Origin: Bryobacterales bacterium
GTDB taxonomy: Bacteria > Acidobacteriota > Terriglobia > Bryobacterales > UBA6623
Reading direction: 5' to 3'
Assembly (NCBI GenBank): GCA_965248365.1
Contig: CBDFJA010000004.1
Location: forward strand, 662,187-726,186
Length of the DNA stretch: 64,000 nt
Part shown: piece by piece, positions 27,021 to 37,840 of the stretch
How positions within the stretch are numbered: the stretch's first letter is position 1
How the letters are laid out: each line of letters opens with the position of its first letter
Translations under genes and position numbers: made by a program
Notes under the pieces: model-generated
Databases searched by the model: none
The model's input: only the letters and a program-made list of their open reading frames with translations
Told to the model about the DNA's origin: nothing

Positions 27021-28130
27021 CTACTCGATCCAGCCGCCGCCGAGCACTAGATCGCCATCGTAAAAGACGGCGGCTTGACCGGGCGTGACCGCCCGTTGCG
27101 GCTGGTCGAACTCGACTTCGACGCGCTGAGGATCCGATGTCGGGCGGACCTCGGCCCAGGCCGGTTTGAACTGGTGCCTGATCTTGACCTCGACGCGCAG
27201 CGGCTCGCGGAGATCTTCCACCGCTATCCAATTGACGCCACCGGCTGGAAACTGCTTGCGAAGCAGCGCCTGCCCGTCCCCGACGACGACCCGTTGGCCG
27301 GCGGGTTCAATCTTGACGACATACATGGGCCGCCCGGTGGCAACCCCCAGTCCGCGCCGTTGGCCGATCGTATAGTGATGGATGCCCGTGTGCTCGCCGA
27401 GCACATGGCCATCCTCGGAAACGATCTCTCCGGATGACTCCTTGCGTTCGGACCCCTTGCCCTCGACGTAAAGTTCCACGAAACGAGCGTAGTCGCCGTT
27501 GGGCACAAAGCAGATCTCGTGGCTCTCACCCTTGTGAGCCACGGGAAGCCCCATTTCGGCGGCCAGGCGGCGAACTTCCGACTTGGGCACGCCCCCGAGA
27601 GGAAACAAGCTGCGCTCCAACTGAAGCTGAGTAAGCCCGAAAAGAAAATACGACTGGTCTCTGGACGTATCGACGCCGCGGCGCAACAGGTAACGGCCGC
27701 CGGCGGGGTCGAAGTCGATGCGAGCGTAATGTCCGGTGGCGATACGCGACGCACCCACCTGCTCGGCCAGCCGAACGAATTGGTCGAACTTGACGAAGTT
27801 GTTGCACAGCGTGCAGGGAATCGGTGTTCTGCCCGCGAGGTAATCGTTGACGAAAGGTTCGACGACTTCTTTTTCAAACCCGTCTTCGAAATTGACGACG
27901 TAGTAGGGGATGCCGAGATGCTCGGCAACGTGGCGGGCGTCGTAGACGTCGTCGAGCGAGCAGCAGCGTCCGGCCGTTGCACCCTCGACCGCCAGCTCCG
28001 GGAAGCGGCGCTGGTTCCAGAGCTGCATCGTCAGCCCGACGATGCGTTGGTTCTGCTTTTTGAGCAGACCGGCAACCGTCGAGCTATCCACGCCGCCGCT
28101 CATGGCGACGGCAATGAGATCATCAGCCAT
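27021..28130 (-). CDS. mnmA: tRNA 2-thiouridine(34) synthase
   Basis: PP-loop [11 protein letters not shown] and a canonical MnmA-like central region (CNNFVKFD...). About 369 aa from MADDLIAV. Confidence 0.9.
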   Translation of the reverse strand: MADDLIAVAMSGGVDSSTVAGLLKKQNQRIVGLTMQLWNQRRFPELAVEGATAGRCCSLDDVYDARHVAEHLGIPYYVVNFEDGFEKEVVEPFVNDYLAGRTPIPCTLCNNFVKFDQFVRLAEQVGASRIATGHYARIDFDPAGGRYLLRRGVDTSRDQSYFLFGLTQLQLERSLFPLGGVPKSEVRRLAAEMGLPVAHKGESHEICFVPNGDYARFVELYVEGKGSERKESSGEIVSEDGHVLGEHTGIHHYTIGQRRGLGVATGRPMYVVKIEPAGQRVVVGDGQALLRKQFPAGGVNWIAVEDLREPLRVEVKIRHQFKPAWAEVRPTSDPQRVEVEFDQPQRAVTPGQAAVFYDGDLVLGGGWIE

Positions 28131-28227
28131 TTGTTTTCTTCGAATCCCGATTACAGTCGATCGTCGACGCCTGACATCGGCGAGAAACACCGGCCAACGC
28201 TAGGAGGCTGTCGCGGACAAGGGCTTT

Positions 28228-28370
28228 CTGATCGTCCGGGTAACGTGGCGCACGCATTCTTGCGTGCCGTGTCGCCATTCGTGGCGACATCGAGTCTCGG
28301 CGTGGCCCCGGCTTTCAGTGTGCTGTGTCGAGCTTTCGATCCCAACATTTCCGCATCTATTGTGAACTCA
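28228..28370 (+). repeat. R2 structured repeat, copy b
   Basis: CTGATCGTCCGGGTAACGTGGCGCACGCATTCTTGCGTGCC, then a perfect hairpin TGTCGCCA-TTCG-TGGCGACA (28270-28289), then ...GCTTTCAGTGTGCTGTGTCGAGCTTTCGATCCCAACATTTCC. Confidence 0.8.
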
Positions 28371-28383
28371 TTTCAAGGGCGGG

Positions 28384-29559
28384 CTAGGGCCGCTCCGCCG
28401 ATCCCGCGTAGGCCGGGGAGAGCTGGCGCAAGTGCCGGACGACCCTGGGAAGGGCGCCGAGCAGGGCGTCCACCTGCCGCACGTCATTTTGCCGGCCCAG
28501 GGAGAATCGGATGCTCGAGCGCGCTTGATCGGCCGACAGGCCTATGGCGATCAACACATGTGACGGCTCGACAGCGCCGCTGGAGCAAGCCGCGCCGCTC
28601 GAGACCGCCATGCCCTTGAGGTCGAGAGCGATGACCAGTGCCTCCCCTTCCAGACCATCGAAGCGGATGTTGGTCGTGTTTGGAACTCGATCCGTTCCGC
28701 GGCCGTTGACCCTGGCGCTTTCGATGCCCTCGAGGATGCCGGCTTCAAGCCGGTCACGCAGACCGGCGAGACGCTCTGCTTCAGCGGGCATTTTCTTTCG
28801 AGCGAGCGCCGCCGCCTCGCCGAGACCGACGATGCCGGGCACATTCTGCGTGCCGGCGCGATACCCTCGTTCGTGACGCCCGCCGTGTTGAATCCGCTCG
28901 AGTTGGCTCCCCTTCCTCACAAAGAGCGCTCCGGCGCCCTTCGGCCCGTAAAACTTGTGGGCGCTGAGACTAAACAGATCAACCCCAAGCGTGTCCACTT
29001 CGGTGGGGATTTTCCCCGTGCTTTGCACGCCGTCAGAGTGAAACACGACGCCGGCTTCGCGCGCGATTTCCGAAATTGGGGCGACGGGCTGCACGGTTCC
29101 CAATTCGTTGTTGGCGTGCATGATCGAAATCAGCTCGGTGTGTGGCCGCAGGGCAGCCCTCACATCGTCGGGAGAGACGACGCCGTCCGAGCCGACCCCG
29201 ACGTGGGAGACCTCGATCCCCTCCTTCTCGAGCTGTTGGCAAGTATGCAGGACCGCGGGATGCTCGATCGAGCTCGTGATGACGTGCTTCCGGGAGCGGG
29301 TCGAGGCTCGCACGGTCCCGAGAATGGCTAGGTTATCGGCCTCGGTTCCGCCGCTCGTAAAGACGATTTCGGCGGGGCTGCAACACAACAACTCGGCGAC
29401 TTGGCGGCGAGCGTGCTCGACGCGCGCCTTGGCGTCCTGTCCAAAACCGTGAATGCTCGAGGCGTTGCCGTAGGATCCTTCCAGGCACAAGACGATCGCG
29501 TCTCGCACCTCGGGTGCGACAGGCGTCGTGGCGTTATGGTCGAAGTAGTAGCGCTGCAT
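28384..29559 (-). CDS. Cysteine desulfurase (NifS/IscS class)
   Basis: 391 aa. MQRYYFDHNATTP start, SAHKFYGPKG PLP-lysine motif, SSGAACSSG active-site loop. Confidence 0.9.
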   Translation of the reverse strand: MQRYYFDHNATTPVAPEVRDAIVLCLEGSYGNASSIHGFGQDAKARVEHARRQVAELLCCSPAEIVFTSGGTEADNLAILGTVRASTRSRKHVITSSIEHPAVLHTCQQLEKEGIEVSHVGVGSDGVVSPDDVRAALRPHTELISIMHANNELGTVQPVAPISEIAREAGVVFHSDGVQSTGKIPTEVDTLGVDLFSLSAHKFYGPKGAGALFVRKGSQLERIQHGGRHERGYRAGTQNVPGIVGLGEAAALARKKMPAEAERLAGLRDRLEAGILEGIESARVNGRGTDRVPNTTNIRFDGLEGEALVIALDLKGMAVSSGAACSSGAVEPSHVLIAIGLSADQARSSIRFSLGRQNDVRQVDALLGALPRVVRHLRQLSPAYAGSAERP

Positions 29560-29588
29560 ACCGGGGGGCTGGCATCATTGATTATAAC

Positions 29589-30395
29589 GTGCGCTCCGGA
29601 ATCATCACCCTCACCACGGACTTCGGTCTTGCCGACCATTATGTCGGCGTAATGAAGGGGGTTATGTTGACGATTCACCCCGAAGCGCGGGTGGTTGACG
29701 TCAGTCATGACATAGCCTCCCATAGCATTGCGGAGGCCGCCTTTACGGTTGCCCAGGCCTATCGCTACTTCCCCCGCGGGACGGTACACGTCGTCGTGGT
29801 CGACCCCGGGGTCGGAACCGAGCGACGGCCGATCGTCGTCGACGCGGGGGGCTATCACTTCGTCGCTCCGGATAACGGAGTGCTCTCGCAGGTTTATGAA
29901 CGAGAAACTCCGTCCGTAAGGAGTGTGGATACGGACCGCTACGCGCTCAAGCCAACCAGCCGGACTTTTCACGGCCGCGACGTTTTCGCGCCGGTCGCGG
30001 CGCGGCTTTCAAAAGGAACTCGGAGCGAGGAATTCGGCGAGCTGATTTCGGACTACCTGAGGCTAGCCCCGACGGCGCCGCGGCTCATCGAACCGGGAAG
30101 ATGGCAGGGGAGAATCCTGCACGTGGATCGATTTGGGAACTTGGTAACAAGCTTCCCCGCCGATCTGATCAGGGATGAGTCGCGTTTCCATCATTTGATC
30201 GCCGGAGGGAAAGCAGTCGACTCGTTTGCCGAGGCCTACGCGCTGGGGCCGGACGATTCCCCGTTTGTGATCGCCGGCAGCTCCGGCTATCTGGAAGTGT
30301 CGATCAACCGAGCTTCAGCCGCGGACTGGGCGGCGATTGGGGTCGAAGACACGGTCGAGCTCGCGCTTACGCCGGGACGCGGTCCCGCGGTGTGA
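29589..30395 (+). CDS. SAM hydroxide adenosyltransferase (DUF62 / chlorinase-fluorinase family)
   Basis: GIITLTTDFGLADHYVGVMKGVM and HVVVVDPGVG motifs. GTG start at 29589; the annotated ORF start at 29514 overlaps the divergent gene. Confidence 0.8.
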   Translation: MRSGIITLTTDFGLADHYVGVMKGVMLTIHPEARVVDVSHDIASHSIAEAAFTVAQAYRYFPRGTVHVVVVDPGVGTERRPIVVDAGGYHFVAPDNGVLSQVYERETPSVRSVDTDRYALKPTSRTFHGRDVFAPVAARLSKGTRSEEFGELISDYLRLAPTAPRLIEPGRWQGRILHVDRFGNLVTSFPADLIRDESRFHHLIAGGKAVDSFAEAYALGPDDSPFVIAGSSGYLEVSINRASAADWAAIGVEDTVELALTPGRGPAV

Positions 30396-30439
30396 CAGCC
30401 CGCGGTGGAAATCTTTGGCCTTCAATAATGAGTGCCGTC

Positions 30440-30490
30440 ATGCCGTAACGTAATTCATGTTACAGACAGACCTATTTTCAAAATAGAAAG
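30440..30490 (-). repeat. R3 repeat, copy b (core fragment)
   Basis: ATGCCGTAACGTAATTCATGTTACAGACAGACCTATTTTCAAAATAGAAAG matches the R3 core in reverse orientation. Confidence 0.7.
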
Positions 30491-30573
30491 TGTAGGCTGA
30501 GCACCTCCCGTGCGTTCAAAACCAGCGCGGTTTGCACTGGCATGTAGAAAATAAACATCAAAGGCCAAATATC

Positions 30574-30603
30574 TTGACTATTCCGACGTGTGGTGAACAT
30601 AAT
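30574..30603 (+). promoter_or_regulatory. Candidate sigma70-type promoter
   Basis: TTGACT (30574-30579), an 18-nt spacer, then CATAAT (30598-30603), in an AT-richer patch. The next plus-strand gene starts more than 400 nt downstream. Confidence 0.35.
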
Positions 30604-31029
30604 AAGAGCCTCAATCCCTTGAAGAAAGGTTCGATGTCGGGGGCCAAAAAACCTGCTTGATGGAAGGACTGCCTCGCGACGGCAGGTGCCTGGGAAGTCT
30701 TCAGAAAGCCGGGCGACGATTGCGGCCGAGAGATGCTCAGGAGTCACGAGTGACTTGACGGCTGATGCGCTGCCGCGAGTTAGGCGTGCGGCTGTAGAGA
30801 GCGAGAGCGGCGCCGCCCTGCGACCTGACCCCGACGGCGGGATTCGGGCGCGGCCCCCCCCCCGCTCCTAAGTCAAGACGGCCGACTCGAAACAAGACCG
30901 TAGTAGTGCTTGAACGACGCTTCTTGCCGGAGATGCCTAGTGCCCGAGCCGAAGCTCCAGCCGCAAGCGGCTGACCGGGATCGAAAATCCGAAGCCGCGC
31001 CAAAACGGGCGGAAACCGGCGGTCTTCCC

Positions 31030-31884
31030 TTGACCGTCACCGCGTATCGCCTCAAGCCGGTGACGATGAAAATCGTTCCCGCTTCGGAAGAGCGCCGCTG
31101 GATGGACTGGCACTCGAACGGTGCCTACCGCTGCTTGCCTTTGCGCATCGCCAACCAGGCCGGCTGGTTTCTTCTCAACGACTGTGACTTTGAAGTGCTT
31201 TGGACGGGGAAACCCCACGTTGACAGTCTGAAAATCAAATACCCTCGAAACCAAAAGTCTCGGTTTGTTCTGAATATCTTCGGCCACGGTATTCTCACAT
31301 GGCATATTCCTTATCTCTTCCGCACGCCTCCGGGATACAATCTGTTCGTTCGCGGTCCGACCAATTGGATTAAGGACGGCGCGTGCCCCCTCGATGCTAT
31401 TGTGGAAACCGACTGGGCAGTAGCAACGTTCACGATGAATTGGAAGCTGACGCGGCCACTTTGCAGGGTGAAGTTTCGCAAGGACGAGCCGATTTGCATG
31501 ATCCTTCCTCAGCGCCGCGGTGAACTGGAAGCCTTTCGGCCGGAAGTTCGCAATATCGAATCCGAACCTGAGCTCGACAAAGGGCACCAAGAGTGGTCCG
31601 ACGCACGGCGCCAACTTGTTCGGGAGAAGAAGGTTCTCGCGGAGGAAACTACGCGGGGCCTGCATAAAGCCAAGCCGGCTCCGTGGCAGCCGGAGTACTT
31701 CCTAGGGACGGCGCCCGGCGGCGCGAAGGCCCTCGAGCACCAGATCAAGCTAGAGGTTCGCGCGTTCGACGAGATGGAGGCTCCGCGCGAGGCTGTTGCG
31801 GTGCCGGAGGACGGTCAGCCATCCCGAGAGCGCGGTTCCGTACTCGATCGTGTGAAACGGCTTTGGCGCAGGGAGAACAGCTAA
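31030..31884 (+). CDS. Hypothetical protein resembling the DUF6065 family
   Basis: TAYRL...IVPASEERRWMDW...AYRCLPLRIANQAGWFL is the N-terminal pattern I associate with DUF6065. The start is uncertain: TTG at 31030, ATG at 31066, or the ORF start at 30910. Confidence 0.55.
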   Translation: MTVTAYRLKPVTMKIVPASEERRWMDWHSNGAYRCLPLRIANQAGWFLLNDCDFEVLWTGKPHVDSLKIKYPRNQKSRFVLNIFGHGILTWHIPYLFRTPPGYNLFVRGPTNWIKDGACPLDAIVETDWAVATFTMNWKLTRPLCRVKFRKDEPICMILPQRRGELEAFRPEVRNIESEPELDKGHQEWSDARRQLVREKKVLAEETTRGLHKAKPAPWQPEYFLGTAPGGAKALEHQIKLEVRAFDEMEAPREAVAVPEDGQPSRERGSVLDRVKRLWRRENS

Positions 31885-32092
31885 GCCCGCACTTCTCACC
31901 AGCGACCGGCAGCCGTGGAGCAAAAACCGGCCGGCGGGGATGCCCGGGCACGGCATGCCCTGCCCCAGGCGCGATTCATAGCGCCGGCTTGCAGACAGAC
32001 TGTACGCTGGACGATATACACAAACTGTTGCCGCGAGTCCTGGCCATCGGGTCTTCCCGATCGCCGTGACAGTGGAAAGAAAAGCAGGCTAG
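31881..32092 (-). repeat. R1-related repeat, copy l (CTAA/CTAG flanks, divergent interior)
   Basis: CTAA|GCCCGCACTTCTCACCAGCGACCGG ... GTGACAGTGGAAAGAAAAGCAGG|CTAG. The interior contains an R5-like near-palindrome GGGCACGGCATGCCCTGCCC. Confidence 0.65.
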
Positions 32093-32149
32093 TCGTCCCT
32101 GCGCCGCCGAAAACGGGGCGGTCCTCGGAGATCCATCGCCTCATAGATC

Positions 32150-34992
32150 ATGGGCAGGACGCCAAAACTTTCCGTCGCCGATTCCGGTCGCGAAACAGGA
32201 CTTTGCTTTTCGAGGGCACGCCCAGCGCAAAGGGCCGTGTTCGCCACCTTGGCAGCTTGCTTGTTTGTACTTGCGCTTCACGCCTTGGCGTGTGGCGCGT
32301 TCTCGCGTCTTCCCACCGTACGCCTTGGCCCCGGCATGCTTGAAGAGGAGGTGTTTGTCGATCAGTGGCAATTGATCGGGCCGTTCCGGTTCGATAAGGA
32401 AGAGCTGCTCGCTCCCGACGCCCACACACGACCGGTCGGGTTGAATCGCGATTTTCTTGCTCTTTTCGGCCTTAGCGAAACGGAAATTACCGAGGAGCGG
32501 CTGCTGAGTCTCACGAAGGACCAGGCTCGGGACGCTTCGGTCCTGGCGCCCGACTTCGGCAATTTCCGATATCGAATCCGGGAGATTCCCAAGATCGATT
32601 TCACGAAGGTCTTCGACGTGCCTCAATCCTTGGTGGTCTACGGCGCCATCGCCATCGAAAGCCCCGACGACCGGAGAATCGCCCTGGCCCTCGGCAGCGA
32701 CGACACCATGAAGCTATGGTGCAACAACGAACCCGTGGTTGCCGAACGGAACACCAATTTTCATGGTGTGAAAAAATACGGCCTTTTTGCGTCCGTCGAG
32801 CTCAAGAAAGGGCGCAACCTTGTCGTTGCCAAGGTCGCTCACAAGTCGGGAGGCTGGGGCCTGTCGGCAAGACTTTTGGCGCTTGACTCGGCTGTCGAGA
32901 AAGCCAAGCATTACGGATTACTACTACCCCTGCATGACCGCATATTGGCACCGGACGACCTGTTCAGTATCGATCTCGATCTCTACGGCCAGGACTTTCC
33001 CGGTGCGTTGGATATCGTCGACGAAAACGATGCAGTGGTTCACTCCGAGCAGTTTCGCTACCAACGGACCACGACGCAGGCGACCACGATGCCCGTGCCC
33101 GTTCTTCAGAACGGTCTCTACATCGCCCGACTGACCTTCCCCATGGATACGCTGGAGACACCCGTCTACTTCGGGGACCCCTTTGAACTGCGATCGGCTT
33201 TCCGGTCCCGCCAGGGGGCGTTTGGATCGATCCCCGAAAGCCATGGGCTCAATTTGGAGGCGATGCTATTTCGCTACGAGCACCTGCTGGCACACGTACA
33301 TGCCGATCTGGAAGGACGTATCCACTCGGCGTGGCAAGCCAAGACAATCCATCTGATCGGTGAAATCGAAACGACGCTCAGGGCATTGGAAGCAGGCCTA
33401 GACCCGTTTCGAGAGAGACGAGGCCGGCACTTGCGGGCGTTCGTGTCCGAGATTGACGGGCAAGTCCAGCACTTCCAGCACTATATGGTTCACGTGCCGA
33501 AGAACGCCAAGGCCCCGTTACCATTGGTCATGTTCATGCCCCATCAAGTTGCCACGCTTCGACCCTTCTTGAAGAGTATTTACGTCGCCTTCTTGCGTGA
33601 AATTATTCCCGTGGAAGGGTCGGCCAACAAACACGGTTTCGGCGGCGTTTGGGTCAATGGGCGGGGCCATAGCTACGGCGCGGCTATGGGTATGACGGAC
33701 GTCTTCGAAGTACTGAACGACTTGAAGAGGGACTATGCCATTGATCCTGATCGCCTTTACTTGACCGGTCAGTCGGAAGGTGCGAGACTCGCTCTGCTGA
33801 TGGCGGCGAGGTTCCCCTCGCTGTTCGCGGCGGCCGGCGGGATTTCACCGATTTTCGGCAAGAATTCAAACTCCCCGCGTCGCAGCCCAAAAACGATCGG
33901 TCGGAGCTTGCGAAACACTCCTGTGTACATTCTGCACGGCCGCTACGACAAGAGCTTGCCTTTGCAAGTGATCATCGACTTCACGGATGAACTGCGCCGG
34001 CAAGGCGTGGATGTGGAACTCGATATTGGAGACGATGAGCACGGCATGCAGAACTCCGGCGACCCCTCCGAAAAAACCTTCGCGTTTTTCGCGGACAAAA
34101 AGAGGGCTCGTTTTCCGAAAGAAGTTTCCTTGCCACGGCTCAGCTCCGGCACAACACCGTCCACTGGCTGCGAATCACGGGGATCGAGGACTTGAGCCGC
34201 ACGGCGACGATCGACGCTGCGCGAGTGTCGCCCGAGCTGGTGAGGGTCGAAACCGACAACGTTAGCAGCTTTGAAATCATATTGAGCGAGCTGGGTTCTC
34301 CCCCCGGCGAGCATCTGACGGTGAGGAGTAACGGGCGGACAAGTTTCGAGGGTATTCCGCGGGAACAGACGATCCGGGTAGGGGTGACCGGCCAGGGGGA
34401 GGCAGTCGCCGGTCCGTGGCGAAAAAGCGCTTTGCTTTCAGGCCCGGTGGAGGACGCCTTCGGCAGCTCCTTTCTCGTGGTCGGAGGTAGCGGCGGAGAC
34501 AAAGCCAGTGTCGAGAGCATGACGGCCGCGGTGACGTCGCTACGCGAGTCGTGGCGGAAGGAGCGGTTCGTGGACTGCCGATACAAGATTGACTCGGCCG
34601 TTACTGAAGATGACATTGCCAAAATGAACCTGGTTCTGGTCGGTCATCCAGGGACAAACAAGATCCTCGAGAGGGTGGCCGACAGCCTGCCGGTTGCGTT
34701 CAGGCCCGACGGCATCGAAGTCGGCGGGAGAACCTATCTGGGGGATAACATCACCGTTGAAATGGTCCATCCGAATCCCTTGAATCCGGGAAAGTACGTA
34801 GTCGTCGTCGGATCGAATAACACCAAGGCGTGGGAGGTGGTCGACGCGGACCCGGCAACACGCGGCATCTTTGATTTTCGAGTCTGGAAAGACAACAACC
34901 CGATCGACGCGGGATATTTCGATGCTTCCTGGGAAAATGCCCTTCCGGTAGGTAATGAGGCTTTGTCGGGGCCTGGTCGGCGCAATCGGTGA
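32150..34992 (+). pseudogene. Large secreted alpha/beta-hydrolase (S9/esterase-like) split by a -1 frameshift near 34130
   Basis: ORF 32150-34195 carries the hydrolase core (LYLTGQSEGARLALLMAA nucleophile elbow, YILHGRYD). The frame of ORF 34192-34992 is open upstream and reads ATAQLRHNTVHWLRITGIEDLSRTATID, continuing the protein. Confidence 0.6.
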
Positions 34993-35252
34993 CAGGCCGG
35001 GGCAGCGAGATAGTCGAGGACGATTGCCGGCCCGCCAAAGAGTCGCCGCCCGCCGGGAATCGACCGCTCCCGAAGTCCGCAAATTATCGAACGACCGGGC
35101 GGGGCGAGTTGATCGGTTGTCGGAACAGAGCACCCGTTAAGCCTTAGTGAGGAATGCGGGGAAGCCTGGGATGGGCTAGCATCCTCCGCCCCCTTCGGGA
35201 GCTAAGGATGTTCTTAAGTGACGAGTATCGGGGCTAATTCCGCGGTGATCCC

Positions 35253-36590
35253 ATGATGATGGCTGTCCGGGAAACGACTTGGTCCGCGAAACTAGCCGGG
35301 CTTCTCGATCACCCGGTCGCGGAACGGCCGGTTTGGGAGCTGCTCGCGGTGGGTTCGGTGATCGCCGGGATTGCGGCCAGCCTCCTCGGTCGGCCCAATG
35401 TCGCTGTAGTGCCGCTCACCGCTGTCGTCCTGGTGGTCCTAGCCATGTTGGCCCGTGGTGGACGGCTTCGAACAGCGCTACGGCCGGGTTGGGCCGGGAC
35501 CGCCCTGCTGATCGTCATTGCCGTCGAGACGATCGGTGTATTGGCATCGACATACGCGCACAACTCCATCCGATTTCTAACCGGCCTGTACCTGCTGGGC
35601 GTCGTGTACTTCCTCGCCAGGAACACTTGTCATCGTGTCGAATATCGCCGCTTCTACCATATGGCGATGAGTCTGCTGGGAGCGGCCCTAGCGATCGTTT
35701 TTGTTTGGAATGCCCTGACAAAAATTCCTGACCTTCGCTCTCTGGGCCTTGAGGACCTCGCCCGCTTCAAAAACTTGATTCCCCCTGTCGCCGGAGGAGC
35801 GGTGGCCGAGACCGTGACCGTCCTGCTCTCGTTGCTGCCGTTTACCGTTGTCCTGCTTTGGATCCCCGGCGACTTGAAGCTTCTGTGGGCGGCCTCCTCC
35901 GTCTTATCCGTCGTCGCAATTTTGCTTACTTTGTCGCGAGGCGGATACATCGCCCTGGTCGCTTTCGTAGTCCTATCGGCGGCTTACTTGTGTGTCGGGG
36001 CCGGCCGGCGACGGGGACAACGGCGGGCTTTGCTTGCTCTCGCCGGTCTGCTGCTTGCCTCTGCCGCGGGGGCGGTTCTGCGCACCTTCCGCATCGTGGA
36101 CTCGGCTTCCCACTCTCGCAGCATCGATGGGCGGTTCCGGATTTGGGGAAGAGCAGCCGAGATGGTCGAATCTCGTCCGCTGTTCGGGGTTGGGGCCTCC
36201 AATTTCGCGCTGGCGAATGTTGCCTTCGGCGCCAAGAGCGACGGGGTTCCGTTTGCCGCGCAACCCTTTAACATTGTTTTGGAGGTCCTTGTAGAAAGGG
36301 GGGTGATCGGTGCGATCGGTTATCTCTGGTTGGTCTTCTCTTTCTTTGCCGTGTCGATTCAAGCCATGAGGCGATCACCCGACCGAGTCACAAGGGACGC
36401 GGCGGCCTTATTGGCGATTGGTTTTTTCACGGTTCTCGTGCGGGATGGAACGTACTCATCGATGATCAGCAACGCAGGCGTATCGGCAGTGGTCATTTTT
36501 CTGATGGCCCACAACAGCTCTCTGCTCCATCAAGCCTCTCCGCGCCGATCGGCGGCTCCGGAATCTGCTGGAGCGAGCGAAGCGAACTAG
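35253..36590 (+). CDS. O-antigen ligase / polymerase family membrane protein (Wzy_C)
   Basis: 445 aa, polytopic. LTLSRGGYIALVAF and RFRIWGRAAEMVESRPLFGVGASNF motifs. Confidence 0.75.
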   Translation: MMMAVRETTWSAKLAGLLDHPVAERPVWELLAVGSVIAGIAASLLGRPNVAVVPLTAVVLVVLAMLARGGRLRTALRPGWAGTALLIVIAVETIGVLASTYAHNSIRFLTGLYLLGVVYFLARNTCHRVEYRRFYHMAMSLLGAALAIVFVWNALTKIPDLRSLGLEDLARFKNLIPPVAGGAVAETVTVLLSLLPFTVVLLWIPGDLKLLWAASSVLSVVAILLTLSRGGYIALVAFVVLSAAYLCVGAGRRRGQRRALLALAGLLLASAAGAVLRTFRIVDSASHSRSIDGRFRIWGRAAEMVESRPLFGVGASNFALANVAFGAKSDGVPFAAQPFNIVLEVLVERGVIGAIGYLWLVFSFFAVSIQAMRRSPDRVTRDAAALLAIGFFTVLVRDGTYSSMISNAGVSAVVIFLMAHNSSLLHQASPRRSAAPESAGASEAN

Positions 36591-36605
36591 GATCAGGACT
36601 AACTA

Positions 36606-37835
36606 ATGACCTTGGACGGCGCAGGTGCAAAGTTCAGGAAAAACGCCGTGCCGGTGTTCCTGTTGGCGGTCGCAATCTGCTGGTCCTGTTGGGTGTTGTC
36701 TTGGTTCTTGCGCCACGTTCAAGCGGACGCGGAGTTCGCACGGGCAGTTCGGTTGGCCTTCAGCGGCGATCATGTCGCGGCGCTCGAACACGCAAGGCGG
36801 GCGGCATCCGCCGATCCTGACAACGCCCACTACTGGGGCACGGCGGCACTGCTATCGGAGAGGGCGCTCGGACACCCCTTTGACGTGGAGCCGATTCTGC
36901 GGCCGGGCGCGGAACTCTCGCCTCTTGGCGCCGAGGCGCTCGGCGACTCGATGGAGTGTTATTCTCGGGCTCTTGCTCTGAGTCCCAGCGACGACTGTTT
37001 CCTGCACAACATCGCTTGGATCCACGCTCTGACGGGGCGATGGGAGCCGGCCTATGCCTACGTCGAGCGCGCGCGCGCCGTGTACAAGACGGGTGAGTAT
37101 CAAATCAGCGCCGGTCTGATGCTCGAAAGACTCGGGCATCAGGACCGGGCGTTCAGCGCCTACGTAGAAGCGCTTTCCTTGGAGCCCGACATTGTGGATT
37201 CGAAGTTCTCCCGGGATCTGGAGAAGCGGCATCCGGGAAAACTTCATGAGCTTGTCGACAGCGCCATTTTGCAACTCGAGCAGAGGCCGAGGACTCCGAT
37301 CCTCGGGGCCAGAATCGGCAAACTCTGTCTGTTCCGCGGTCGATTAAAAGAAGCCCGCCGCTATCTGGAAGGGGCAGCGACTGAGTTGCCGAATCTTTCC
37401 AGGCCCTGGTTGAATCTCGCCATGTTGACCAAGACGTCCGGTCACAGCCGGGAATGGGAGGCTTACCTGCGGCGCGCCGCCGAGCTGGGCCGAGGAAACG
37501 AGCAGGCGTGGCACCATCTGGGGAGGCTATTGGAGAGTCGCGAGAAGACGGACGCGGCAATCAGAGCCTATTTGAGAGTGGCCGGGATGCGGGGTCTGCG
37601 AGTATCGTCGCACGCCCGCCGATCTTCGCGAATGTACAAGACGCGGTTCATCATGCCGGACGACGTCATTCCCCATGGCCTGCTTGCCTACAGCAACCCT
37701 CCCAGTCGAAGAGTACACGCACTCGAACGCCTTTCGGCCCTCTACTCAATCAGCGGCAAGCGCAAGCTGGCCGAGCGTTTTTCTCAGTTGTCGCAAAAAG
37801 CTCGGGCCGAAGAAGAGAACCGATCCAACCCTTAG
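36606..37835 (+). CDS. TPR-repeat protein with N-terminal membrane anchor
   Basis: 409 aa with repeated AxxxYxxAL-type TPR helices. One N-terminal TM segment. Confidence 0.65.
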   Translation: MTLDGAGAKFRKNAVPVFLLAVAICWSCWVLSWFLRHVQADAEFARAVRLAFSGDHVAALEHARRAASADPDNAHYWGTAALLSERALGHPFDVEPILRPGAELSPLGAEALGDSMECYSRALALSPSDDCFLHNIAWIHALTGRWEPAYAYVERARAVYKTGEYQISAGLMLERLGHQDRAFSAYVEALSLEPDIVDSKFSRDLEKRHPGKLHELVDSAILQLEQRPRTPILGARIGKLCLFRGRLKEARRYLEGAATELPNLSRPWLNLAMLTKTSGHSREWEAYLRRAAELGRGNEQAWHHLGRLLESREKTDAAIRAYLRVAGMRGLRVSSHARRSSRMYKTRFIMPDDVIPHGLLAYSNPPSRRVHALERLSALYSISGKRKLAERFSQLSQKARAEEENRSNP

Positions 37836-37840
37836 GAGGG

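Noticed and set aside
30478-30747. An 89-aa minus-strand ORF in the AT-richer stretch upstream of the DUF6065-like gene.
   Set aside because: It starts inside GC-rich leader sequence and ends in the R3 fragment. It has no RBS and an implausible composition, and it overlaps the better-supported plus-strand promoter candidate.
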